This document shows, in pieces, positions 11,201 through 22,589 of a stretch of 64,000 nucleotides of DNA (position 1 is its first letter; every line of letters begins with the position of its first letter). Source of the DNA: Neocallimastix sp. 'constans' (taxonomy: Eukaryota); contig JBODTK010000117.1 in the NCBI GenBank assembly GCA_050613775.1, positions 434,001 through 498,000 of the forward strand. The letters are read 5' to 3'. A program made the translations under genes and the position numbers. Below the pieces are notes generated by a model. That model worked only from the letters and a program-made list of their open reading frames with translations. It searched no databases and was not told the origin of the DNA.

Positions 11201-11804
11201 CGTCTCAGAAGATTGCCCTAAATGTTGCCCTTGTTGTGGTGTTAGTGTACCTAGCTTTTCTCACTGGATCTTTGCCTGTAAAGAATTGGAAAATTACAGA
11301 AATAAATCTTTACCTTTTCTAGATGATCTCTTTTTGAAATTTGCATTGATAATTGAACAAAAATCCTTGGATGTTTCTTTAGATTCAGAAAAGGATTATG
11401 ATAATAATATTTATTATTATATATTGAGTGCACTTCTTGGTGGGCGTTCAATATATTCAAAAATTAAAGTTAATGATAGGGAACAAAGACAATTAGTTGA
11501 CAATATTTTTAAACAAAGTTCAACTTCGTCAACTGTTCCGTATTTTGTGGGGATTGCGGAGTTTCTAACAAACGTAATACCATTAATTTGTCGATCTTTT
11601 AGTTTGATGATGAAATGGTATTCCGTTGAATCTACCGTTACCAAGAGCGTCGACGTCGAAATGATAAGGCATGGATTTTCACCTCCAGATACAGATTTGA
11701 TTGATAACACTAATACTGAAATTATTACTCACAATAATGGACGTGGTGTTATTATCGAGGAATGGGAAAAGTTAGAGGCTATTGCTTCTAACGCACTTTT
11801 ATAA
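8220..11804 (+). CDS. LINE C APE endonuclease / reverse transcriptase / CCHC polyprotein
   Basis: QE, GDFN, SDHFP; KKGDLSDCNNYRGISL (RTE-like motif), QFGFR, DLKKAYDSV, FADD; CPCC..HWIFAC. Confidence 0.93.
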   Translation: MQEVGNSQYLNVHSNNYPFLCHYNTILRKADPNIPGMRGLSISVHRSCSFSPDPFEYKYIISVNITSFWGIKCTIGNIYVPTVTHKEERKNAFSEITNWIKKHTNTPSILVGDFNMSKSQLDSLLNKSSYQWFTKYLSGLDFTWARDGRSSCIDHVLFNCKMKEYVNKVSVCSTFNDISDHFPLILSCKKDDSEGFRTPTPSRRFKWSQRMCNEKHNEIFSSNYFSILLYEFDDNKELSSNEMVNKFIETAIKVGDKVHARVPCDLKGSAFHCPYYIKKLSHEKHVAFNEIKNFSLGSNLENLDEFLNLLREYKNICGKVRSIKFSIKSKQFHQSIESACNDFRNKNARSAWLKLKKLSRPMNSNSISSSALKDKQGNFLFSHSDQLNRFAEHYSELASDVTQHSLDNEYWVSLFGTNPNNNLTWDINDSITMEEIQNTVLEMKNNKAPGPDGIPIEFFKAFFSKSDLSDNQDDSSDDHYSKCAKCLLSLFNKIWDGDFPEEWNSASIISIPKKGDLSDCNNYRGISLINVGLKIISKIVTNRIAKYALEHKFVRPEQFGFRNKEECISLYISIREICQRRKFKGNFTYLAFLDLKKAYDSVPIFNILTKLYNLGIRDKCHLFLKNLYLSSKARAFFNGNLSEEFSINRGVRQGCPLSPILFNLFINDILDNCDKYGVYLDSQYCCGGLFADDIVLVAPSKQALKKILNKVHEWAIKNEMTFGINKCATLVVKPINFVKPINYEDPSFFIGSKILPKTDNYTYLGIPFDESLSLKPIQSKLNSNLNVKLNLYFRFLINKSVPLPLKKYVLISFILSLVIYYAPLFGSNKSRCSKAQKIINRGLYWSYGFKSRNSSVSLYNITRELRIPTLSAVCAISQLRCFRKWKNSSCIINHLTNNIPTMSHYSWTKESKTLDKKLNGKKTSEIKKFYWERDVFKPSKAKKAIIYKENDFGFISEIRNLTFQYPKYQLGFFWISRIRCGFKFDISISIKRKIVSEDCPKCCPCCGVSVPSFSHWIFACKELENYRNKSLPFLDDLFLKFALIIEQKSLDVSLDSEKDYDNNIYYYILSALLGGRSIYSKIKVNDREQRQLVDNIFKQSSTSSTVPYFVGIAEFLTNVIPLICRSFSLMMKWYSVESTVTKSVDVEMIRHGFSPPDTDLIDNTNTEIITHNNGRGVIIEEWEKLEAIASNALL

Positions 11805-11909
11805 TTTTATAATATATAATATTTTATTTCATGTATTTTATTTGTTATTTTTTCATTTAATTTCATGTAATTTTATTATTATTATAAATTAAATAAAGTT
11901 TTCTCTAAG

Positions 11910-11954
<45 letters not shown>

Positions 11955-11955
<1 letters not shown>

Positions 11956-14109
11956 CAACCGTGAAGAATGCATTAGTTTATTCATTTCAGTTAGAGAAAT
12001 TTGCCAAAGAAGAAAATATCAAGGAAAATTCACATATTTAGCCTTTTTAGATCTTAAAAAAGCTTATGATTCAGTTCCTATTTTTAACATTCTTACTAAA
12101 TTATATCATTATGGAGTACGTGGTAAATGTTTTGATTTTCTTTGTAATTTATATACTTCATCTAAAGCTCGTGCTCGATTTGCTTCAATGTTATCAAATG
12201 AATTTCCTATTAAAAGAGGTGTTCGTCAAGGTTGTCCATTATCTCCAATTTTATTCAATTTATTCATCAATGATATATTAAATGACTGTGAAAGTATGGT
12301 GTTAATATTGGAAGAAAAAAGTGTTGTGGTGGACTCTTTGCTGATGATGTTGTTCATATTGCTCCAAGTGCAAAAATTTAGAAAAATTACTAAAAAAGGT
12401 ACATAGATGGGCTAATTTAAATGAAATGACTTTTGGTATTGAAAAATGTGCAACTATGGTTATAAAACCAATGAACTTCCAATCTCCTCCAAACTATAGT
12501 GACCCAACCTTCTATTTAGGAATGAATGCTATTCCTAAAGTTTCTAGTTATATTTATCTTGGTATTCCTTTTTCTGATGATCTCTTACTAGAACACATTA
12601 TATCTCACATGCATTTTAAAGTTAAAAAATCCCTTCTTTCATTTACACATTTCTTCTCAAATAAACTTATCCCTATTGCATACAAGAAAAAAGTTCTTCA
12701 ATCCTTTGTTATTAGTAAAGTAATTTATTATTCTCCTTTACTTGGTTCAAACAAATCTAGAACGGCCAGAATTCAAACATTAATTAATACTGGACTATTT
12801 TGGTGTATCGGCTCATTTTTTAAAAATGGAAAAACAAGTTCAGAAAACAATGACTATATTAGACATAATTCTACTATGAGTACTTATGCTTTATCTCGAG
12901 ATCTAAGCATTCCTCCTATTGCTGGTGTCTGCGCAGCCTTACAGATTAAGTCTTTTGCAAAATGGAGTAAATCAAACTGTATTATGAAGGATCTTATTAA
13001 ATCTATTCCCAAAATGCATCATTATTCCTGGACTAAAGAATCAAGAACACTGTATAAAAAAATCAAAAAATATAAATGTGAAAAATATGACGATATTTTA
13101 GAACGTTACTGGAAATCAGTTTCCAAATTTCAAGGTATTAAAGGTCAAAATTACGATTGTAATAAGTTCTCAAACAATAAAGCTATAATTATGCTTAGCT
13201 TAAAATATCCCCAATTCAACTTAGGGTTTTTGTGGATTATACGTTTACGCTGTGGTTATAAATACAATACTACTATTGCTATTAGAATGGGTAGAGTTTC
13301 AGAAGATTGTCCCAAGTCTTGCCCCTGTTATGACGAAGATAAACAATCTTTTGAACATTGGATTTTTAAATGCGATGCTCTTATATCTTTTAGATGGAAT
13401 TCTTTAAATTTCATCGATGATCTCTATGTTTTATTCCTTAGGAAGATTAGAGTGTTTAATCCTCTTTCTTCCTATGACTCTATTTCTAATTTTGAAGATT
13501 ATATCAATCATTATATATACTTGTTCCTTCTTGGTAGGACTTTAGTTTTAAATGAGCTACATTTCGATAGTGGGGAACAGAGACAATTAAATGAACTTCT
13601 TTTCAAAGGTTCATCTGAGTCACCTGTTCCAAAAATTGTGGGCTTGGCGGAATTCTTAACAAGTGCAATACCTATCATAAGTTCATAAGTAGTTCGTTTG
13701 AGCTATTATTTGATAGGTATTGCAAAATACCAAACTTATCCAAGAGCGTCGACGTTGTACTGATAAGGCATAATGATAATACAGGATCGTCATCTATTTC
13801 TACGAAGGATGAATCTTGCCCTAGTAGTTCAATAAATGATGAATCCGGGGAGAGTTTAGTGAATACCGCACTATCTATTTTAAAGATGTTACTTCTAGGT
13901 TTTATTTCATTTTTATTTGTTAGGAAGGGAAAAATTTCCGCATAGTACAACTTGCCGAAATACATAGTATTTTTGAGCTTTTTTATTTTTTATTTTTTAA
14001 CTTTTATTTTAATTTTTAATTTATAGTGTACTTTTCACCTACATGTATTTTTTTATAATTAGATTAATAAATTTATGGAAGTGTATTTTCTTCCCTGTCT
14101 AAAAAAAAA
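11955..14109 (+). mobile_element. LINE D, 5'-truncated inside RT, frameshifted
   Basis: Begins at (N)REECISL right after the LINE C poly(A); broken RT motifs; AATAAA and short poly(A) 14101-14109. Confidence 0.9.
12426..13688 (+). pseudogene. LINE D C-terminal polyprotein fragment
   Basis: MTFGIEKCAT, YLGIPF, YYSPLLGSNK, CPC..HWIFKC; upstream RT frameshifted. Confidence 0.85.
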
Positions 14110-15393
14110 TCTACATATTATCATTGTAATGAATCTATTTTTTACTTTAGCATTATTTTGTATATGTATTTTTCTATATTATTATTTAAACTCTAATGTA
14201 GCTATTTCAAAATGGAAATTTAGGAGATTGATTCACTCCAAAGCTTGTGTTTAAGATATTATTTAATGGATGGGAATCTTTTTATAGTTTTTCACTACTA
14301 ATAATTTTTTTTTTTTTAAAATCTACATTTAGCTAATTTATGATTATTCAATAGAAATTTTTTTTTTAGTTTTAAAGAGCTTTATTAATTGAAAGAATTA
14401 CAATCATTCAAAAGATAAAATGAAACGATTATTCATTTTAACAGTATATACAAGTAGTTTTGTATCAATTACTTATTAACCCTTGTGTATATTTATAAAT
14501 ATTATAACAGCAATACCGGATAAAATCAATTATTTACAAAATCAAATAACTATAAAATCGTCAAGAACAACTATATATTTCAAGCTTTCATATATTCAAC
14601 ATTTACTTTTTTTTCATACTATTTAAAGGGAATTTACTTTCTCTCTTATTTTTATTTTATTATATATATTAAGAAAAAAAATTTTTTTATCTATTTTTTA
14701 TTATTATTTTTATTTTTATTTTATACTTTTTTATTTTAGTTTTTTAGGTTTTCTTGAAATGGATAATACTTCTTCAAATTCAGCAACTATACCTGTTTTG
14801 AGGCGAGGCCTTGGAAGATTCGATATTCCGAATAAAGATTTCATTCTTATCTTTATTCATGATCTTCAATCATGGTCTGTTAGTAAACTTTGGGAATTTC
14901 TTAATAAACATATTTCAAATTGCAATGAAATAGTTCACGGAATTACAAAAATACACACACCTAATATGGAAAATTACTTCATTTTAAGGATAAACTATGA
15001 TAAACTCGCTTATTATCTAAATATTTTATTTATTCTTACTCGATGCTTTCTTATCTGTTAAATTAATTGGATCAAAACCAACAAAATTCGAATTTTCAGT
15101 TATGTTAAAAAATTCATCAATAAATTTTCTTCTTTTGAAACAAATCAATGGTAAAAGATTTTCTATATAGTAGTATTTACTCACCGTCTACTCAGTTCTT
15201 TAATCTTTGTGTCAATTGGAACATTAATGGATGGAATGCTGAAAAACGTGATGGTATTTGATACTTTAATGAAATTTTTAAACCTATCTGTATTTGCTTG
15301 CAAGAGGTCTGTAATAGCCAATACCTTAATGTTCTCTCAAATAATTACCCATTTCTTTATCACTATATTACAATTTTACGAAAAGCTGATCCA
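14110..15393 (+). mobile_element. LINE E, degenerate 5' fragment of C subfamily (partial UTR, ORF start, 3'-truncated)
   Basis: Colinear with ~7007-8314; MDNTSSNSATIPVLRR at 14759; indels. Confidence 0.88.
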
Positions 15394-15462
15394 GAAATAT
15401 TATAAATAGTAGTATAGGATTTAAACTTTTTGTATAGAAATTAAAGCTTTTTAAAATTAAAA

Positions 15463-15776
<314 letters not shown>

Positions 15777-15979
15777 TGTCAACCGACTTCTCCGGTAGTA
15801 ACTCGAGAGATAATAAAGTTTAATATAATTTATTTATTTTATTTATTTATTTTTATATTTTATTTATTTTAAAAGAGTCATCATTACATAAATTTATTTT
15901 ATAGATTAGTTTATACATGAATACATAAATCTATACTAATGTATAAATCACATGTTATAAATTTTCTATTCTATTAACA
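15777..15979 (-). repeat. Copia 3' LTR
   Basis: Direct repeat of 21441-21643; termini tgtcaa..ttaaca. Confidence 0.95.
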
Positions 15980-15992
15980 TTCCCCCCTCAAA

Positions 15993-17303
15993 CTAATTTT
16001 TCTTATGAAAAATTTTGTTTGCGAAATTTGTCATAAAAGGACCATTTTTATCTTTAGTTAATACGTCTGCTAACATATTTTTAGTATCTATATATTCTAG
16101 TTTTATTTTTCCTTTTTCTATATTATCTTTATCAAAGAAATATTTAATTGCTATATGTTTTAATTTTGGATTTATCTCATCATTTTCAATATTAATTTTA
16201 CTTGCAATATTATCTGTAAAAATTTTAATTGGTTTTTTAAATTTAAATAATTCTTGTAATATGTTTCTGATCCATAAAACCTTCTTAATACATTCAGATG
16301 TACTTATGTATTCTGCTTCGGCAGTAGATGTGGCAACAATAGATTGTTTTTTACTTGTCCAACAAATAGGATTATTGCCCATCAAAATAATATTTCCAGA
16401 TGTAGATTTTCTATCCTTTATATCTCCAGCAAAATCTGCATCAGTATATCCAATTATTTCGCCTTCACCATCATAGCATATTTTATAATTTTTAGTTGTA
16501 TTTAAATATTTTAGTATGTGGGTAACCTTTATCCAATCTGTTATTGTTGGGTTTTCAGAGATTCTTGCGGCCTTTCCAACAGCGAAAGATATATCTGGGC
16601 GTGTACATTTTGCTAAATAAATTAAAGAGCCAATTGCACTTTTATAAGTAGTTGTGTCAAATGGTTTTTTGTTTTCTCCTTTAGTATTATCTCCTACACA
16701 TGGAGTATTTGTTTTTCTTGTGTACTTTAAATTAAATATTTCTAATAATTTTACTATAAAACCTTCTTGAGAAATATAATATTTATTATCTTCTTTATCA
16801 ATTTTAATACCTAAAATATAATTAATTGGTTCTACTTTTGATACTTTAAAATTATTTTTAATAATATTAACTATTCTTTTAATTTCTTTATCTTCACCAG
16901 TAATTACCATATCATCAACGTATAAACCAATAATGCCCAATAGTTTATTTTTAATTATTCTTTTAAAAATACATTTTTCCGAAATGAGTTGATGATAACC
17001 GTTGTTTACCAAAAATTTTGTGATAGTAATGTTCCACGGACGTCCGGATTGCTTAAGTCCATATAAGGCTTTATTCAACTTCCAATATCCTTTTTCAAAA
17101 TTAGGGTCACCTGGCGGAATAGTAGTATATATGTCCTTATCTAAATGTGCATTTAAATATGCAGCTTTTATATCTAATTGAATCATATTCCATTTAAATT
17201 TTGAAGCTAACGCAATAATTAATTTTAATCCATCGATATTTAATGTAGGGGAGTAAGTTAAGTCAAAATCGATACCTTTTCTTTGTTTAAATCCTCTAGC
17301 CAC
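15993..17303 (-). CDS. Copia RT and RNase H (frame continues upstream of the called start)
   Basis: ARGFKQ, QLDIKAAYL, ALYGLKQSGR, LYVDD, YTDADFAG, STAEAEY, MLADVLTK. Confidence 0.92.
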   Translation of the reverse strand: MARGFKQRKGIDFDLTYSPTLNIDGLKLIIALASKFKWNMIQLDIKAAYLNAHLDKDIYTTIPPGDPNFEKGYWKLNKALYGLKQSGRPWNITITKFLVNNGYHQLISEKCIFKRIIKNKLLGIIGLYVDDMVITGEDKEIKRIVNIIKNNFKVSKVEPINYILGIKIDKEDNKYYISQEGFIVKLLEIFNLKYTRKTNTPCVGDNTKGENKKPFDTTTYKSAIGSLIYLAKCTRPDISFAVGKAARISENPTITDWIKVTHILKYLNTTKNYKICYDGEGEIIGYTDADFAGDIKDRKSTSGNIILMGNNPICWTSKKQSIVATSTAEAEYISTSECIKKVLWIRNILQELFKFKKPIKIFTDNIASKINIENDEINPKLKHIAIKYFFDKDNIEKGKIKLEYIDTKNMLADVLTKDKNGPFMTNFANKIFHKKN

Positions 17304-18789
17304 TACACGAGCCTTTCTTTTGACAACTTTATTGTCCGGACCAATTTTGTTAGTAAATACCCACTTTGTTGAAATTAAATTTTTATTTTTGGGGACAAAT
17401 TTGACGAATGAAAAAATTTTATTGTTATATAAATTATTTAATTCAGCATTAATTGCCTCTTCCCATTCTAAGTGGTCTTTACAATTTATTGCTTCATAAT
17501 AATTTAAAGGAATATTTGTAATTATATTAGCAATAAATTTATTTGAAAAAGCATTAGTATTAAAAGTATTTGAATTATTACTATTTTTATTTAAAACTCT
17601 TTAATGTTTATGTTTATTATTATAAGAATTTTTTTTGTATATTTTTCTTTTGAATAGAGAAATATGAGAATTAATAAAAGGATTTTTATTAGATTTATAG
17701 AATTTATTTTTATTAAGAATGTCTCTTATTTTTGAATAATTTTGTGTAATCTTCTCTGGACTTTTATTATTTATAATTAAGGTTTTGTGGCCTTTGAGAG
17801 GGATTTGTTTATTTTTGTTTATAATATTATTGTTATTATTTTCATTTTCATTAGTTTTATTCTCCTGTATATTAATATTCGATTCATTTGAATGGAAATT
17901 TGAATTGCTATTAAAATTTAATTTATTTATTATATGATCATTATGATTATTTGGTATATTATCCATATAATTATTGCGTAGTATGATATTATTATTATTT
18001 ATATCAATATTCATATTATTCGTATTATTTAGGTCAGATTGATTATTATTTAAGGTTTCATTATTAATTAAATATTTATTGAATAAATTATTATTAAAAT
18101 TATTTTGAGTATAATATCATCAAAATTATTTAAACTTTCATTAATTAAATTTTTATTAATTTGATTATTATAATAAGTATTTGAAGAACTTGAAGAATTA
18201 TTATTAATATTTAAATCATAATTATTAGAGTTTAAATTAAAATTATTTTGATTTTCATTTATTTTATTGTTAAGAATTAAATTATTTGAATTTGAACATA
18301 AATTATTTTCATTATTAATATTTGGATTATAAGATAATATATTATTATTATTTAGTGAACTTAAACCATTATTATTTTGAATATTCAATTTTGGATTATT
18401 AAGGTTATTTTGATAAATATTAATTTTTGAACTTAATTTATTATTATTTTGATTCATATTAATAGAATCGTCATAATTTAAATTATTATTATTATTTTGG
18501 TTGCTTATATTAAAATTTTCTGAATTTAAATTATTATTATTTTGTGTTTCATCATTTTTTATGTCAAAATCGTTCAAATTTTTATTAATAAAATTTTTTT
18601 CACTATTTTTTGAAAAATTTTCATTTTCATTTTCATCAACTGAGTAGAAATCGTCGTCGCTATCTCCATTATTATTAGAAATAATGTTGATATTATTGTC
18701 TTTTTTATTGTTAACTCTATTGTTAGGATTATTATTTTCTTTAATAATATCATTATTATTATTATGTTTAGTGTTGATATTGTCATTAT

Positions 18790-21387
18790 TTATAAGTGTA
18801 ATGTCAGAAATTTTTTATTGTTTTCTGAATTATTTTCATTATTTTTTGAGTTATTTTTATTAATATCTGAATTATTTCCATTATTATTAGGGAAATAAAA
18901 ATCTTTATTGATTGTAGAATATTTGCTGAAATTAAAGTCAAATTTTAAAAATGTTGGGTATTCATTTTTATCTACAGCTGAATTAGATAAAGAAATATTT
19001 GCAGGTTCATCTTCAATGCAAAATATTTCTCTGACAGAATGTAGATTATAATTATTGAAATCCATAATTAAATAACTATAAGTTTTTTCGTCAAATCCAA
19101 GAAAAATTCCTTTATTAGAGTTAGAATGAAATTTTCCTTTGTTTTGATCATAAATTTTATAATAAGCTATACAACCAAAAGTTCTTAAATGATCTAATTT
19201 AACTTTGCGGTTGTAAAAACATTCATCCGGAATATTGTTATTAGAAATTTGAAGAGGAGTTTTATTATATAAATAATTTCCATAAGTAATTGCATAGTCC
19301 CAGAAATTTTCTGATAGTTTACTCCAGGAAAGCAGAGTTTTGGTACATGAAATTAAGGTTTGGTTAAATCTCTCCGCTATTCTATTGTTTTCTGGGTTAT
19401 AAGGCGGTGAATAAATTTTAGCAATACCATTATCTTCACAAAAAGAAATAATTCTTTTGTTTTTATATTCCCTGGCATTGTCAGATTTAAAAATTTTTAC
19501 TTTTTTGTCATTAAATAAATTATTTAAATATTTTAAAAATTTAATTATGATATCAATGGCTTCGCTTTTCCTTTTCATAAGGAAAATCCGACTTTTATGA
19601 GATTTTTCATCAATAAAAGTTATAATAAATCTCATTCCATTAATAGAATCATTAATGAGACCAATGATATCAGAATGAATAACCTCAAGAATAACGTTTG
19701 CTTTTGGCATTTCTTTATTATGAGGTTTTCTTTTCATTTTAGATATTCTACAGTCAGTACATAATGGTTCTTTAATATTATGTAAATTTAAATAATCATC
19801 TATATTTTCAATATAATAATGGCCAAGTCTTCTGTGCCATATTAATTTACTATCATGATTTAATTTATTTATATTGAAAATATAATTTTTAATATTTTGT
19901 TTTGTTTTATCATTATGTATAGCAGTGATTAAAATTTCGTTATTATTATTAGATTGAAAAGTTTCGATGGTATTATTGTTATTATCCATTAATGTGAGTT
20001 TAACTCTATTATCAGACTTTTCCGTTAATGCTTTAATGTCTATTTTGGCAAGTTCAATACCACTAATAATATTCCTAGAAACTTCTTTGGAATATAATAA
20101 ACGTTTTAAAATGATTTTATGACTATTAATAAAAAAATGGAATTCACCATAACCTTCAAAAACGCAAGAAGAGTTATTTGCGCATTTTAAAATACATTTC
20201 TCCTCTTTATAATTTATTAACAAACTCTTATCATTGGTTAGATGTTCTCCAGCACCAGAATCATATAACCAACTAGATTTATTATATTTATTCATTAATA
20301 AAACACCAGAATTTTTAAAAGAACACACATAATTTATATAAGATTTAAAATATTTATCTTTATTTATGTTTTTATTTTGAAATACATGTAATTTTTTAAA
20401 TTTTTTATTATTATTATTAAATTCTTGTTTATCCTCAAGGAACATGAATTTTATGTCTTCAAAATCTACATTAGAATTATAATAATTGTTAATGTCGTGT
20501 TTAGAAATATTTCCGGCGAATTTATATTCCTTTTTGTTATTGTTTTTATAGTTTTTACTACAGTTATTTTTATTCTTGTTATTTTTGTTTTTATTAAAAT
20601 AATTATTATTTTTATCATTTGAACACTTATTTAACATTTGTGTAAATTTGCTATTTTTATTTTTTAAATTGTACCAACACTCCTTTGTACTATGATTAGT
20701 TTTTTCACAAATAGAGCAATATTTATTATTTTTATAATTGTTTTTATTTTTGATGGCTATTTTTCTTACTTGGTTTATTTCCATGGGATCATCATCTCTG
20801 TTATCATAATTCCAACCTTTAATATAAGATCTTTTCTTCAGGTCGGCATCAATTTTGTTATAAAGAGAGTCAAAAGTTTCGTTTTGTTCCAAAATAAATT
20901 TTCCCATGTAGTCTTCCGGCAAGGCATTATAAAGATATTTGATTTTTTCTTCATCACTGATTCTAAGCTGAGAGCTATCCATAACTTTGAAAATATCCCT
21001 CATTTGATCAAGAGTTTCCATAATTTTCTCTTCTTTACTGGTAGATAATGAATTAAGCCTAGATATCCAGTATGATGTGTCATTCTTGTCTCCGCCAAAA
21101 TACTTTTTTAATTTATCCATTATATCTTTTGCTGATAATATCCCAGCAACCTTTTTGTGGATTTCCGGAGTAATAGAATGAAGTATCAAAGACCTGGCTG
21201 TAGCATTTTTCATCAAGTGTTCTAGGTCTTCTTTTTTTTTCAGATCATCCACGTCTATGTCTTTAATTTTATTTTCCTTGGCGTATTCGGAGACTTGTTC
21301 CTTTTGAAATTCTGTGGTTATTGAATCAAACCACAATATGTAATTAGATGTTCCTTTTAGAATAATTAATGATTTTTCTTTGTTCAT
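18790..21387 (-). CDS. Copia Gag-protease-integrase
   Basis: CSICEKTNHSTKEC knuckle, WLYDSGA protease, WHRRLGH, HSD..KSDN..AER integrase core. Confidence 0.92.
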   Translation of the reverse strand: MNKEKSLIILKGTSNYILWFDSITTEFQKEQVSEYAKENKIKDIDVDDLKKKEDLEHLMKNATARSLILHSITPEIHKKVAGILSAKDIMDKLKKYFGGDKNDTSYWISRLNSLSTSKEEKIMETLDQMRDIFKVMDSSQLRISDEEKIKYLYNALPEDYMGKFILEQNETFDSLYNKIDADLKKRSYIKGWNYDNRDDDPMEINQVRKIAIKNKNNYKNNKYCSICEKTNHSTKECWYNLKNKNSKFTQMLNKCSNDKNNNYFNKNKNNKNKNNCSKNYKNNNKKEYKFAGNISKHDINNYYNSNVDFEDIKFMFLEDKQEFNNNNKKFKKLHVFQNKNINKDKYFKSYINYVCSFKNSGVLLMNKYNKSSWLYDSGAGEHLTNDKSLLINYKEEKCILKCANNSSCVFEGYGEFHFFINSHKIILKRLLYSKEVSRNIISGIELAKIDIKALTEKSDNRVKLTLMDNNNNTIETFQSNNNNEILITAIHNDKTKQNIKNYIFNINKLNHDSKLIWHRRLGHYYIENIDDYLNLHNIKEPLCTDCRISKMKRKPHNKEMPKANVILEVIHSDIIGLINDSINGMRFIITFIDEKSHKSRIFLMKRKSEAIDIIIKFLKYLNNLFNDKKVKIFKSDNAREYKNKRIISFCEDNGIAKIYSPPYNPENNRIAERFNQTLISCTKTLLSWSKLSENFWDYAITYGNYLYNKTPLQISNNNIPDECFYNRKVKLDHLRTFGCIAYYKIYDQNKGKFHSNSNKGIFLGFDEKTYSYLIMDFNNYNLHSVREIFCIEDEPANISLSNSAVDKNEYPTFLKFDFNFSKYSTINKDFYFPNNNGNNSDINKNNSKNNENNSENNKKFLTLHL

Positions 21388-21426
21388 TTTGTATTAATTA
21401 ATAATATTATTCTCTCAAGATTTGTC

Positions 21427-21440
21427 TGAGACTCTTAATC
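21427..21440 (-). promoter_or_regulatory. Copia PBS complementary to the anticodon arm of tRNA-Lys(CUU) (half-tRNA primer)
   Basis: Plus strand TGAGACTCTTAATC abuts the 5' LTR; equals the recalled eukaryotic tRNA-Lys-CTT anticodon-arm sequence. Confidence 0.75.
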
Positions 21441-21802
<362 letters not shown>

Positions 21803-22589
21803 GTAGTAACAAAATTTATATTAAAATACTATTTCTATATATGTATATATATACACCATATTACTTAATATTAGTCCTTTAATAAGAAATGCATAAAATA
21901 TTCATGTTTATATCTATGTATATATTTATTTTAATTATTATTATTTTTTATTTTTATTTTTATTGTATTTTTATTTATAGGCTTATTTTTAAATTTATTT
22001 ATTATTATTCATCATTTTTATTATTTATTATTATAACATTGTATATTATTTAATATTATAATATTATTTTTATTATAATATTATATATTATTTAATAATA
22101 ATATTATTAATTTATTATTTTTTATTTGTATTATTAATTTTTATTTTTATTTTTAGTTTTTTTATATTTATTTTTTTATGTTTATTTTAATTTTTACTTT
22201 TATTTTTATTTTTATATTTTATTTTTATATTCTATATTTATATTTTATATTTATATTTTATATTTATATTTATATTTTATATTTTATATTTATATTTTAT
22301 ATTTATATATATATAATTTTAACGTTTTTATTATTTAAACTAATAGGATTATTTATTGTATATAATACGAGTAAATAATTATTTATAGAATTAAAATAAT
22401 AATCAAGAGAATATATATTAATATATATATGATTAAAATAAATATGAAATAAATATATAATAATTTTTCTTAATAAAGATATTTATTATTAAAATTTAGT
22501 GTTAATTAGTATTTATTATTTTTAATAATTTTCTGCAGTAAAAGTGGTATTTATTAAACAGTAATTTTTTTTTTTTTCTATAGTAGGAT

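Larger units (their letters stand above)
6751..11954 (+). mobile_element. LINE C, apparently full length
   Basis: ~930-nt 5' UTR, one reading frame 7680-11804, AATAAA and poly(A) 11913-11954. Confidence 0.93.

Noticed and set aside
13675..13965. Short antisense or alternate-frame ORFs overlapping element genes (e.g. 11417-11710, 16015-16476, 53204-53587)
   Set aside because: Shadows of the real coding frames, with no motifs or independent support
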